Positions 11,950 to 25,029 of a stretch of DNA of 64,000 nucleotides are shown here, one piece after another. Below the pieces are notes generated by a model. The model was not told the origin of the DNA, did no database searches, and worked only from the letters and a program-made list of their open reading frames with translations. Positions within the stretch are counted from its first letter, which is position 1. Every line of letters starts with the position of its first letter. Source of the DNA: Lama glama (lineage: Eukaryota); contig CM052817.1 of NCBI GenBank assembly GCA_028534125.1, positions 80,850,001 to 80,914,000 on the forward strand. The letters run 5' to 3'. A program made the position numbers and the translations under genes.

Positions 11950-13960
11950 GTCTTTATTTTCCACTATTTAATCTCAGATTTAGGCCATCACCAATATGAA
12001 CCTCATCATTGACAATGAGGACTGTTGACTTCCATGTGCTTGAATGTTGGCACACATGAAAAGAGCAGGGGGCTTTGCCATGAAATCTAGACTTGTTGCT
12101 CCCTTCAGAAATATCCAGGACATTCCCTTCCCTCACTTCTCTTCCTACTTTGGATTCATTATTTACTACTGCTCTTGTATTTCTGTTTTGTGTTCAATTT
12201 CATTTTGGCAGAGCATCCCACTGATGCTTCTGGAGAGAGGAAGGTGAGATCTTTCAAAGATAGTTTATGGCTCAAAATGTTGTTATTCTAATCTTCCTCT
12301 ATTTGATTGCCATTTTGAATCAAATAGATCCTACTATAGGAATCCAAGTTGGAAGTAAATTTCCTTCTGTATTTTGAAAGCACTGCCACATTATTGCTAG
12401 TTCCTGATTGTTAATGGTAGAGCGTGGGGGCCATTTGGATTCCTGATCCTTTAAATGCGACCTGCTTTTTTGTTTGCTAGGTTTTTCTTTTTTTCTTTTT
12501 TCTCTGGAAGCTATTAAGTTCTTGTCTGCATTTCTGTACAATTTTACAGTGATATGCTTTTCTGTGGTCTGCTCTCAAATGTTGGGTTGGGCATGAAGTG
12601 GGCCCTTCTGTTTTAGAAACTCATATCATTCTATATTGTGATATTATCTTAAATTATTTTATTAATGATTTTCTCCCTCACATCACGATGTTTTTCTATA
12701 TTCCTTTCCTCTCTTTCAACCCCTATTATTCAGGTGTTGAACCTGATTATGAATAGGGGAGTAAAATTGATTGGAAACATTCGACAAGTGGATGAGATTG
12801 CCAGCTTCAAACTTCATTGCAGGGTGAGCCGAGAGATAATGACAGTTTGCATCTAACAATTCTTCGTTTTTATTAAGTACAAAGGTATTTGTGCTTAGAA
12901 TCCTCCTTTCCAGATAATTTCTATTTTGCTTTTTCTGGACATTAAAACTTAGGATTTCTTTAGGGATGCAGAAAGAGTAACCGCCTAAAGTCATGGAGTA
13001 GGAGAAGCTATCCGGGGCTTTAGGGCTGTAACTAGTCCTCGAATGTCTTTAATGTCTTAAAATGTCTTTCTTCCAACTTTCATCTTATTTTAACACTACA
13101 TCCTTCACTCCAATTCTAAACTTACCTGATTCTACTGCATGCTGAAGCTTTTCAGAGGTTTTCCTCTTTAAATTGGTTTGTTTCTGAGCTCTCTCCAGTT
13201 CTGGCTTTAGTTCTCTCTGTCTTGAATCTGTTATATAAAGTGCCATTCAGTCATCTAATTTCTTGATTTGGAAACGTTCTTGTTTACTCTTTTTTCTTCA
13301 TTCTTTCCATCCTTGTGGATTTATTTCTTAAAAAGCAAATCACTTTAAAAAAGTTTTATTCTTAAGAAGAAAAGAAATTAAATCCTTATACTTAATTTTA
13401 TGTCAACTTGAAATTTGCTTTTTCTTTCTTTTAATGAATGGAATTTTAACAATTTACTTTCACTGTAGTGTGGCAGGCTGATAATGACCCCCAAAGTTAT
13501 GGCCACATCCTAATATACTAAACACTTAATTTTTGTTCAGCTTTCAATTGGCAATAATGTGCCTTTAAGTAATATTTTCATGAAGGATTGGTGGCTAATG
13601 TAATTTTAAGTGCTCACATATTTCATAATGTCTTTTTGTTTTGTTATGAAATACAATTAATCATTAATAAAAAGCTTGGATTAAGATACTTTTCCCCCAA
13701 ATTCTCTAAAACATTAGTCTATTGCCTTTGGCATTCTATATAATAGATAAGAAGTATGATAGCCTACTAATTCTTATTTCTTTATTGATAGATTATAATT
13801 TTAATTCCCTGGATGCTTGAGAATTTTTTACTTAATCTTCAAAATCCAAACATTTTGCTTTTTCCTCTGTAGTTTGGAGGGACTTTTAAATTTTGTCCTC
13901 CACGTCATTGATTCATTCAAGTTTTTACAAAGCAAATTTAGACTCCAATATTCATTTTAT
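11950..13960 (-). mobile_element. HAL1/old L1 ORF1-region remnants
   Basis: Minus-strand ORF 12320..12541 (WQCFQNTEGNLLPTWIP) resembles the L1 ORF1 C-terminal W..FK.L.E.NFQPRI.YP motif; T-rich antisense composition. Similar sequence appears to resume after 15400. Confidence 0.6.
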
Positions 13961-13974
13961 TTGAATACTGCATT

Positions 13975-15392
13975 TTTCAGCTTTATTGAGATATGATTGA
14001 TATATAGCATTGTATAAATATAGACATATATGCATATGTATAACATAAATATAAATCAACATACAACATGTTGATTTGATTCACATATATTTCAGAATGA
14101 TTACTACCTTAGTATTAGCTAACACCTGCATCATATCACATAATTATCACTTATTTTTTATGGTGAGAACGCTTAGGATTTACTCTCTTGGCAACTTTCA
14201 AGTGTATAATACAGTATCATTAGCCACAGTCACTATGCTATTTATTAAATCCCCAGAACTTATTTATCTTAGAGCTGAAAGTTTGTAATCCTTAACTAGC
14301 ATCTCCCCTTTCCCTCCATCTTTCAGCCCCTTTCTAATCTCTGTTTCTATGAGTTAGGTTTTTTAAAATTCCATATGTAAGTGATATTATACAGTAGCCA
14401 TCTTTCTCTGTGACTTATTTCACTCAGTGTAATGCCCTCAAGATTTATCCTTGTTACAAAGGCAGGATTTCATTTTTAGGGCAGAGTAATATTCCATCTT
14501 CTTTGTCCAGTCATCTGTTGATAGACACTTAATCTTCACAGCCTGGCTGTAGTAAATAATGCTGCAGTAAACACAGAGGTGTGCACGTGTGTCTTCTTTC
14601 CATTCCTTTGGATGTCTACCCAGAAATGGGGTTGCTGGATCATATGGTAGTTCTATTTTTAATTTTTTTGAGGAACCTCCATATCGTTTTCTGTAGTAGC
14701 TACACAATTTACTTCCCACCAACACAAGAGTTCCCTTTTCTCCACACCCTTACCAACACTTGTTATTTCTTATCTTTTTGATGACAGTCGTCATCCTAAC
14801 AGGTGTAAGGTAATAGCTCATTATGGTTTTGACTTGCATTTTCCTGATGATTATAGTGTATTAAGCACCTTTTCATGTACCTGTTGGCCAACTGTATATC
14901 TTCTTTGGAAAAATGTTTTTTCAATACCTCTGTCCATTTTTTAATTGAATTCTTCAGGGGTTTTTGTTTGTTTCTTTGTTTGTTTTGCTATTTAGTTGTA
15001 CAAGATTTTAAATCTATTTTAGATACTAACTCCTCATCAAATATTTGACTTGCAGATGTTTTCTCCCATTCCATAAGTTATCTCTGCATTTTGTTGATGG
15101 GTTTCTTTGCTGTGCAGAAGCTTTTTCTAGTCCCATTTATTTATTTTTGCTTTTGTTCCCCTTGCTTTTAGTGTCATATCTAAAAAATTATTGCCAAGAC
15201 CAAGGTCAAAGAGTACACTCCTTGTGTTTTATTCTAGGAGTTTTATGGCTTCAGGTCTTATGTTCAAGTCTTTACTGCAGTTTTAGTAGATTTTTGTGTA
15301 CAGTGTAAGATAGATGTCTAGTTTCATTCTTCCACATATGGATATCCAGTTTTCCCAATACTACTTGTTGAAAAGACTATCCTTTCCCATTT
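13975..15392 (-). mobile_element. L1 3' portion (L1MA9-like): ORF2 C-terminus plus 3' UTR, 5'-truncated and inactive
   Basis: ORF 14438..14725 contains KKLKIELPYDPATPFLG.HPKE (L1 ORF2 C-terminal domain). The 3' UTR end reads cagctttattgagatat. Degenerate TSD at 13961-13977 and 15393-15409. Confidence 0.93.
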
Positions 15393-18300
15393 TTAAGTAT
15401 TGCATTTTTTGTTCCTTTGCAAACTCTTCTCACCTCATTCTCTTTAATTTCTCTTAATTTCTTTTCATTCTCTTCTCACAGTATTTTCATTTCAATCTGT
15501 GCTTTCTATAAGTTTCATATTTTTGTCACATAGCAGTTATATTCTCTTGTTTCCAATTAGGATTGAATAAAATAGTCCAAAATTTTCTACTGCTTTTGGT
15601 TCCTCCAGTTGGTAATTTTCAGAGTTTTGCTAATCTTTTTAATGTCTTCTTCCCCTTTTCCACTTTTGTCCATTTTCCTCATGTACATATTTTATTTTTA
15701 TTCTTTCACAAATAATATACACCAGTCTTAATTTGTCATCAAAGAGTAAGCTCTGTTCTTGGCCCCGTTCACTTTCTTTAGAGTCCTGCTTGTGTTATCT
15801 TTTACAAAGCTCAAATGGATGATATGCTACAAGTTCAGTTACCCATACTTATTGCATAACAATGGTTGTCAGATAGATTGAGGCTTCTGGTACCCTCACT
15901 GCTGTACTTTCTAACTCTGCACAAAGTTAGTGTTAAAAAAGCACAGTCATGTTACCAAACTCTTCTTTAATCTGTTCCTCTGGATAGCTCTCTAATGACA
16001 ACATCTGCACATCAGTGTCAACGTGCCATGCTCCTCTAACCCTGCCCAACCTCTTACCCTGTTACTCTTCGGGTTTTCAGCCTCTGATGGAAGAGATGTA
16101 AAGGAGGAGATATTCAAGGTGGTACGGGGTAGCAGTACTCCAGCAATCTCAAGAAGCAAGACACATCCTTGCATTTTTTGCTTAGTCCAGCTATTGCATA
16201 TCTGATTCAAAGGATGAAAGATTTTCTACCTACTTTCAGTCATACGGGCTGAGTGGGCCATATTATTATTTTTCAGTTGAGTTCTATCAAGCTTATGAGT
16301 AGAAATTCCTCTTATAATCTAGTAACTATTTGGTTGCTAGTCCTAGGATTTGATTAATTCCATTAACTTCATAGTATACAAAGATAATTTAGTGAGAAGT
16401 TGGGAGATGTTTTACCAGGACCTGGCAAACAAATTCTATAATAAATTGGTAATTAGGCACCTTACATATGTATAAGTTAATAAAATTGATTACTTTCCCC
16501 TTGATTCTGTCACCACTTCCTGCCGTAACAGGAGCATATCCCTCGTGTTAGTTGGCATATGAGATATACTGGTATAGCATTAAAGTGAACCCCAGTTAGA
16601 AGGCTTGACAATATTCCAGAAATAAATAATGACACACAACGTGGTCTCAGATGTTCTCAGCCACTTTGCCCCAGTGCTAGAGAAACACTGAACTATAGAA
16701 AAATAGACTCTGAGGCACAGCCTTGTTTTATCAATATATAAACTGAGGTTAAAAGAGTTTAAAATAAAGATGGAAACAAGGTCTTTTAGCTAGTTTGAGA
16801 TGGAAGATCTCGAAGTTAGAGCTCTTCACTGTCCATCTAATCGTCATCTCACAGTGCCGTGATGTTCTTTGTAGGGTGGAAAGCAGAGGAGGGAAAGCTC
16901 TACATGATGTTTCTTTGTAATTGAAGCAGAGACTTCTTAGCCATTAACTAACCCAGCATGGAATTCTCTTTTCAAGTGAATTAGTGATGACTATAGGATG
17001 ACAGTCCAGAGCTTGAGACCTCTTCACTAAAATCTAAGGGCTTTAAACTCTCTTCCAGTGAGGACCACTTTAAGACAATTCAGGGACACCAGGTGCAGGT
17101 CTAAGAGAAAAATTATGGGGACTGAGCTAATGGACTCCATGTAGAGAGAAATGTTGAAAAATTATCTCATATCTTCTTTTCCCTTTAAGCCTGCCATCCA
17201 ATTGACACATTCAGAGCATTGCAAATGACATCCTGCTTTGCTCAAAACACCATGAGTCTTCCAGTCTGACTCCTGTTCCTAAATTCCCAGTTGAACTTCA
17301 ATACAGTGTTTGTGAAAGAAAGTCAGGGCTAGTTTATCCTGATTCACCTTTGAATAAACTTGAAAATTGCCAAAGCAAACTTAACGATAATTTTACTATA
17401 GATCAGTCATGGAGATTTGCTAAGGGGAGAGGTCTAAAAATTAGATGTGTCCAGCTTGACTTGTGGACTGGTTTGTTTGGTCATTGTGATCATCTGCCCA
17501 TCACTTTCATGATTTGGAGATAAGAACTGATTCCTTTCTCAGGGGAGGAAAACATAAAAAGGGAAGCAATTAGATTGTATGATTTAGGGAAAGGGCATAG
17601 AATAAGTAATTACCAGAAAATAGAATTGAAAGACAACAGTTTTAGCTTTTTTGTTTATTTACTGTAACTTTAAGGCCATTTGACTTGAAAGGAAAGATTT
17701 GCAGATTTGAATGACCAAAAAATAAATTTGGCAAATACAATATTTAACTGAAGTCATTTAACTCATTCTCTTTTCCTCCACATATTCCAAGGCATCCAAT
17801 TTCTTAAGGCCTTGCTTATAAAGCCATTCAGCAGTCTATGGATTATAACAGGCCAACTCTTGATGGCAGAAATACGCATTCTTACATTCATTTTAACAAA
17901 CATGTATCTTGATGGAGTATCTCATCTTAAGGGCCATGCACTTTTCTCGGCATACAAATTTGGCTAATATACAGCTTCTTCCTCAACAAATTTATAGTCC
18001 AGCTGAGAAGACAACAGATGAAAAGATAATTATGATACATACAGAACTCTATCAGTTATAACTTCAATTGTACGGCACAGAAATCGGTTTAAGTGAAAAA
18101 GGCATTTTTTGGCTTATGTAAATGAAATGTTTCAAGGTATGTCTCCTTTTCATTGTGACACAAGTGCATTCACATGAGGTCACCATCTTTTGGCCCCACG
18201 AAGTAGTCCTGGCTTTGCCAGGCTCACATCATTATCATAGCAAGTTCACAGGGAAATAGAGACTTTGCTTTCCCTGTAGCGCAAACAGGAATTGAATATC

Positions 18301-18979
18301 ATCATCTTGAATTGTTCTGATTTGTTTTGCAAATGTCTCCCTTAACCTTGAGTTTCAACTGGTGTACCCAAGCACACCGGGTACTGTAGTAGTGCTGGTA
18401 TTCCTTGAATGAGTTGTACATGTGCTGAGGTATCAAATATCTTCTGCCTTAGAGTGCAGTCTGGCAGGACCTGGGTAGCCAGGGACCTGGGCTAGTCATC
18501 TCTGCCTGTCAGTAGCTTCATTTTTTATCTTAATGTGGCATGCTAATATTATCATTTTTTTTTGTAGCCAGCCTGTGGGTAAAGATTGGAAAGTGGTGAT
18601 TTAACCAATTTTCATCACTAGAGAGATACAGTGCTCTTTGCTTAGCTCTATCCTTGAAACTGGATGATGTCAATTTTATGTGAATTCTATAGATGGAGCG
18701 TGGGGAAAGGGGTGTGATTCCTCAAGCACACATTTGAGAGGTTGTTAGCAGAATTAGGGAGTATGAAACAACAAATGGTCACTCAATGCAGTGGTAGAGA
18801 TCTGGCTCTAGTTTCACTGTCAAGAAATTGGAGCTTTCTTGTGTTCTAGAAATAAAATACCACAGAGCTTAAGTTTGAACTGTTTCTCCAGGTATACACT
18901 GGCAAAGTATTTGTAAAACCACTGCCTTTTTACATTGCACTAATGAAATTTTAAGATAGTTTTTAAGAAAATACTAGTT

Positions 18980-19762
18980 ATTTAACGCCATTTGCAGCAA
19001 CATGGATGCTCCTAGAGAATGTCATTCTAAGTGAAGTAAGCCAGAAAGAGAAAGAAAAATACCNNNNNNNNNNNNNNNNNNNNNNNNNNNNNNNNNNNNN
19101 NNNNNNNNNNNNNNNNNNNNNNNNNNNNNNNNNNNNNNNNNNNNNNNNNNNNNNNNNNNNNNNNNNNNNNNNNNNNNNNNNNNNNNNNNNNNNNNNNNNN
19201 NNNNNNNNNNNNNNNNNNNNNNNNNNNNNNNNNNNNNNNNNNNNNNNNNNNNNNNNNNNNNNNNNNNNNNNNNNNNNNNNNNNNNNNNNNNNNNNNNNNN
19301 NNNNNNNNNNNNNNNNNNNNNNNNNNNNNNNNNNNNNNNNNNNNNNNNNNNNNNNNNNNNNNNNNNNNNNNNNNNNNNNNNNNNNNNNNNNNNNNNNNNN
19401 NNNNNNNNNNNNNNNNNNNNNNNNNNNNNNNNNNNNNNNNNNNNNNNNNNNNNNNNNNNNNNNNNNNNNNNNNNNNNNNNNNNNNNNNNNNNNNNNNNNN
19501 NNNNNNNNNNNNNNNNNNNNNNNNNNNNNNNNNNNNNNNNNNNNNNNNNNNNNNNNNNNNNNNTTCAAAATTGTAGAATAGATAAACAAGATTACACTGT
19601 ATAGCACAGGGAAATATACAGAAAATGTTATGATAAATCACAGAGAAAAAAATGTGACAATGAGTGTGTATATGTCCATGAATGACTGAAAAATTGTGCT
19701 GAACACTGGAATTTGACACAACATTGTAAAATGATTATAAATCAATAAAAAATGTTAAAAAA
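18980..19762 (+). mobile_element. Young lineage-specific (camelid-type) L1 3' UTR insertion, 5'-truncated, spanning an assembly gap
   Basis: Reads gccatttgcagcaacatggatgctcctagagaatgtcattctaagtgaagtaagccagaaagag...tgacacaacattgtaaaatgattataaatcaataaaaaatgttaaaaa. Flanked by TSD aagaaaatac[t/c]agttatt (18965-18982 and 19761-19778). Confidence 0.93.
19064..19563. other. Assembly gap of exactly 500 N
   Basis: Run of n characters; the round length suggests a placeholder size. Confidence 0.99.
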
Positions 19763-21014
19763 GAAAATACCAGTTATTAACTTACAAAAAAAATCATTTT
19801 GCATTAGTTGAAAAAAAAGTAAGCATAAGATAAAGAGACGGAAGACTTGAGGTGGAATTTTTCAATGAAAGGTCACCCCCTAGGTGCAGTCCTCTGCTCC
19901 ATGGGTGTGATAAATACCTAGTGATTTCTGAATTGCCATCATTTATAGGCCTGGGACATGCTTTTAACTCTCTGGGGGACTGCTAAGAAATTGGTTCCTT
20001 AGGATTATTGCAAATAAGAAGATCTGATTAGTCAATTATCCCTTTGTCTGGAAGAGGCCATTAAATTTGATGAAGGAAGCTGTCAATGCACTAAAAGGTA
20101 TGACTGAGTGAAAGGTGAGAACAAATGCTGCCAAGTATGGTAAACATAGGACACACCTGACAAGACCCAGGACAAGCTGAGCAAATGGCTCATAAAGCTG
20201 ATTTAACAGAAGGGCAGTCAAATCCTTCCTTTCAAGTGATTCGACTTTTTACTAAGCATTTATATAGAGACAGGGTCTACAGAGGAAGGTGGACTACATG
20301 TTTTTACCAGATTTTGCAGACATCAGTCTTGTTTAATCATTCTTTATTGTAGCACTAAATCTATTAAATTCTTATAGTCTTTTTCCCTTTACATAAATAT
20401 TTTTCTTACTAAAATCAGATATTCACTCTCTCTCAACCACAAGAATTGTTATTGACAGGTACTCTTCTATACCCCTTTTAAAAGTCATGCAGAATTGGGT
20501 CTGTGTTGTAGTGAAGGTTGGCATAAGGTAACGATTTAGAAGTAATTACAAAGAGAAGGTGGCCCAAGGAAGACCCAACAGCTTCCCCCTCTACTGAGAA
20601 ATTGTATAGCTACTGCTTTGTTGTTATAGCTGATTTCATCCCACAACCACTACAGTAATAGTCCTCATTAATACAAAGGCCTCCAAAGGGTTTGGGATTT
20701 ATTTTGCTTTTAAATAAGCACCCAGACATTTAGATGCTTATTCAAAGTTTGTCTAAACCTCATTAGTCTGGAAAAATGCTGAAATTCGTGAATATTTTGT
20801 AGCTTCTTACAAGGTTTGCAGCTTTGAATTGCTCTGGAAGACAGTGAAACCAAACTTCTTGGTAACTTTTCACAGTAGTCTGATACTTTCTCATCATACT
20901 GTCCAATGAGACATCTACATGCCCATTGTTTTTTTAAGGCTGTGGTCAAATGTTGAGTTATGCCTTGTGGCTTGGCTATCATTGCGACTGGGCAAGGGCA
21001 GCTCTCTAATTTAT

Positions 21015-21430
21015 ACTTAGTAATGTAATGCTAGCTGCTGAAACAAATAAAGCCCAGATTCTTTGTGGCTTAACATCATAGAAATTCATTTCTCACTCAT
21101 ATCAGGTCTAAGTGGCAGCATGGGATCTTCTCCCTTCAGCATGTAGGGACCAGGCTTAGGAAACAGTTGGTGTTCACAGTCACTCCCAGCCTCAAATCCT
21201 GCCTGCAGGAAGGAGAACAAAGAAGTGCAGAATCTCATGGCAGAATTTTTAAAAATATCACTTTGGACAATTTCCACTCACTAGAACTGAGTCTCAGGGT
21301 CCTACCCCAAAGTAAAAGGTGTAGGAATATGTAGTTTCTTACTGGATGCAGGCTTCTCAAACACAATTGCACACAAGGAGAGAAAAAAGCATAGATATTT
21401 GGTGGGCAGTTAGCAGTCTCTCCACAACCT
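21015..21430 (-). mobile_element. Old MaLR LTR (MLT1J/K-like)
   Basis: gctagctgctgaaacaaa...gtggcttaac...tttctcactcata and end ttggtgggcagttagcagtctctccaca. Confidence 0.65.
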
Positions 21431-21895
21431 CAGCAGGACACAACTCTGCAGTTACAGGTGCTTATGACATATGTGTCTGAATGGCAAACTGCCTTGGAAA
21501 TAAATCTTCCCCACCTGTCCTTGGACCTTTAGTTTAGGCAGCCAGAAAAAGTTCCTTCCAGAATTTTTTTATGCCCAAAGTTTAGGTACAGTGAAAAGAA
21601 AATCTTCAAATTCCCAATTGCTTCATGGTCTTAGGAATCCATACCACCTCTGAGAACATTCTGTCTTTTGTATTGACCAACCTACATGGCGATGACCACA
21701 GTCCCAGTCCACGAGATGGTCCACCCATAGTTTGGGAGGCCTTTTTGACTTTTCAGTGACCTGAGGTCTCCATGAATTCTAGCTCTTGGCTGGCATGTGC
21801 TGAAGATTCATGTTACAGAAATTTCTCTTGGCAAGCAAAACTAACACTGTAAATTTTAAAAACTGAAAAGGTTCCTATGGAATGAGATTTGTGGG

Positions 21896-21896
<1 letters not shown>

Positions 21897-21930
<34 letters not shown>
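21897..21930. repeat. (TG)17 microsatellite
   Basis: Perfect run read directly. Confidence 0.97.
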
Positions 21931-21931
<1 letters not shown>

Positions 21932-21967
21932 TGTGACTGTTTTCAAAGCTCACTCAGTAATAAAACT

Positions 21968-22206
21968 AATATTATTAATAGTAGTAGCATGATCACTTAT
22001 CCAGAGCCCTGTTCAAAGTGCACTGGAGGTATTAAATAATTTAATCCTCACAACCATACTGTGAAGAACCATTATTATCTCCGTTTTACAGATGAGAACA
22101 CTGAGGTGCAGGGATTTGCCCAGTGTCAGATCCAGGAAGTGGGAGAGCCAGCATTCTGAATCCAGGAATCCAGCTCCAGAGCCCCGGCTATTCACCACCA
22201 CGCTGG
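21968..22206 (-). mobile_element. MIR SINE, near full length
   Basis: tttaatcctcacaac...attattatctccgttttacagatgagaacactgagg...ttgccca...ctccagagccc (antisense MIR core). Confidence 0.9.
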
Positions 22207-24082
22207 GCTTCCTTTCCCTCGGTTCGTATATTAAGCTGGTTAGATCAAACTCATTGTTACAGTAAACATTTGTTTTCTGTTTTATGAGAAAAAAAATAAG
22301 TATGCTAAGCTGGGGCCAATGATTAATAGAAGGCACTGATATTTTATTCTGGGTCCATAATTATGGTTTAAAGGATTTGGTGGTAATCTGGGACTGGAAG
22401 TTGCTAATCAGATATTTGGCTGGAGATAGGCAAGATGAAGTCAATATACAGTTGGGAAAGGTCAGCTAAAATATATGTGCATATACAATATCAACAAAAC
22501 AACCATGGGCAGGATGCTATAACTCCTTAGAGCTAAAGTAAGGCTATGAGTACATGATTCTTATCCCTGCAGCACCAGACTTTATACCCATCGGATCCCA
22601 GCCTACTCATCCCATCTCTGCCCCTTTGTCCACACCTTACCAAGGAATATCTTCCTTTTGGAATGCCTGCTTTCCAATCTAGCTCCTTCACAAGCACTCT
22701 AGTCCATTTAGGTGTCTCTTTCTGTTGAACATTTTTCTGATTTATTTAGAAACTATTGTTCAGATGTTAGCTCCTAAAAATTATAAATGTTCATGTCATT
22801 TCTCTCAAACTAGCTTCTAAATGCATGGAGGGTAGGAATACATCTTTTATTTCCTTTTTATCTTCCTACTTTGTGGAGTGGAATACTTCATTCTTGTTAA
22901 TGAAAACTGTGATTAAGTCTGTTTACAGAGAATCGTGTAGGGTGAAAAATCTTACCTGGGTTTGAACCCCATAAAGATGTTAATTTACCTATTAGTGCTT
23001 TCTAAAATTCTTCCTGGATTATGGTTTCCCTTGATTCAGTATTATCAGTGCCTTTCTCAGATGCCTGAACCTAGAAAAGCACTCTTGTCAGACCAAAAAG
23101 TTTTCTAGTCAAAGTGCTGCACCGCTGTTTACTTTGTTGACTAAAGAATGTTCTGATTCAACCATGAGGGCATCTCTAATTGTCACAGCTGTTAGAAGCA
23201 GAATAAATAAGATCAAGATGCTTGGACCTTCTGCAGGATCTTGGAGAGGGCAGGGTACAGCAGAACAGTGCCCGAGTGACCACATGTGTACTGGGGTGCT
23301 TGGGCAGCCCCTTCCACATGGCAAGTGGTGTGACCAAGTAGTCGCTACCAGCTTTGTCCCCGCTGCCCCAAACTTGGCATGAGATTCAAACCCTTGTTTA
23401 AAATTATAATAGCTTATCTTATTTAAATTTATTTTTTATACTTCCATTTCAGAATGTTATTTGACATGGAAAAGAGCTATACCTATATACTGTTTTTAGT
23501 CAAGCAAACGAACAATAAAAGAAGGTACAACACCCTGGAAAACATCTGTGAGTATTTTTTTCCTGCTGGGTGGTTATAGGACACCAATCCAACGTACTTA
23601 TTACAGTGATTATCTAGAGAATGTTCTGGAAATACCATGCTGATGGCATCAACTGCTCATCTATTCATTAGGGCTTATCGGATAACAATTATTCTGGGAA
23701 AGCTGGGGCCTTATTTGGGGGATTCATCACTGACACATTTACAGCATCATTGGTTATCCACATCCTGAACCGCTGTCCTTCATTTTTGATAGCATGGGGT
23801 TCTGAAACAGGACTACTCATTGATCTATGCCACAATTTCTTAAGAAAAGTTCATCTTCTTCCACAAGTTTTTTATTTTTGTATTCAGAGTTAAAGGGCTA
23901 TAAATACCACTATTGTTTATTTTTAGAAATTATTTCTGTGAGTATTTTGCATGTATATTTCCAAAATTATCTGTAATTCTGTAAATCATAAAGTTAAGTC
24001 AAGAGCTACTTGGGCAACAAAGGTTCAACGTGCTTAGAGCTCTAAGGTCGTGTTTTTTCCCAAAGGTTGGGCTTTTCCCACA

Positions 24083-24590
24083 CATTCATTCATTCAACAA
24101 ATATTCATCAAGTTCCTACCATGTGCTAGGAACTGTTCTAGGCACATGCGGTACATCATTGGAAAAGCAGAGGCCTCAGTCCTTGTTGGGTTGATTTGGT
24201 AGCAAGGAGAGATTGGCCATAAACAACAAGCTTTATCAATTGTAAACTGTGTGGGCTTCTAGAGGGTGATCTATGCTATGGGAAAAAAATGAGTAGAGCA
24301 GGAAAGAGAATCAAGAGTTTATTGCTGGGTGAGCAGTGTTACAATTTTAATAGGGGAGAGTGTTCTACACAGAGGAAACAGCAATGCAAAGGTTTTAAGC
24401 AGGAGCTTGCCTGGCAAGTTCAAAGGGCAGCAAGAAGGCCCTTGTGACTGATGGGGCCCACTGAGGAGAGAGGAGGTTGGAGAGGTAAGTAACAGGGAGG
24501 GTTGTGAAGGAGAGGGCAGCTCAGGAAGGGCCTTGTCAAGCACTGTGAGGACCTACCTCCCTGGCTCTAAGTGACATGGGCAGCCAAGGA
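24083..24590 (-). mobile_element. L2 LINE 3' fragment
   Basis: Starts cattcattcattcaacaaatatt...ctaccatgtgctagg (antisense L2 tail), continuing to gggccttgtcaagcactgtgaggac. Confidence 0.88.
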
Positions 24591-25029
24591 AGTTCTCATA
24601 TTAGCTTCCCACGGCTGCCTCGTGCAGGTGTGTAAAGTATCACTTTGTTTTATGGATGAAGAAATGAGATGCTGAAAGTTAAGGTAACATGCAAAATAAT
24701 CTGCCCTCAATAATTTAATTTCTTATAGAACTTAAATGACGACATTTGTAGAAGGCCACTTTTGGACAGACGTTGTTCTCTGAGCCTACCACTTTTAACT
24801 TCCTTTTTAAAAATTTCCTTTTAATACTTACAAATAATCATATAAAATAGATAATATGCTTCCTATTCAAAAAGTGAAAAAAAATGGAGGCTTAGAAATT
24901 GTGTGATGTTTAGAAAGTTTCACAGCTAGTGAACATAGATTCAAGGTTAAGTCTCTGAATCCTAATACAAAGTGTTTCGTAAAATTATATTAAAAATAGT
25001 TTAAAACTTTTGACTAAGAATCATTTCAA

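Noticed and set aside
14438..14725. ORF with real protein similarity
   Set aside because: Frameshifted L1 ORF2 C-terminal remnant, not a host gene.
18978..19719. Three longest ORFs in the track (191-230 aa)
   Set aside because: Artefacts of reading through 500 N; the real flanks are L1 3' UTR.
23618..23632. Perfect heat-shock element aGAAtgTTCtgGAAa
   Set aside because: Only 9 fixed bases; roughly one chance match is expected in a window this size, and there is no promoter context.
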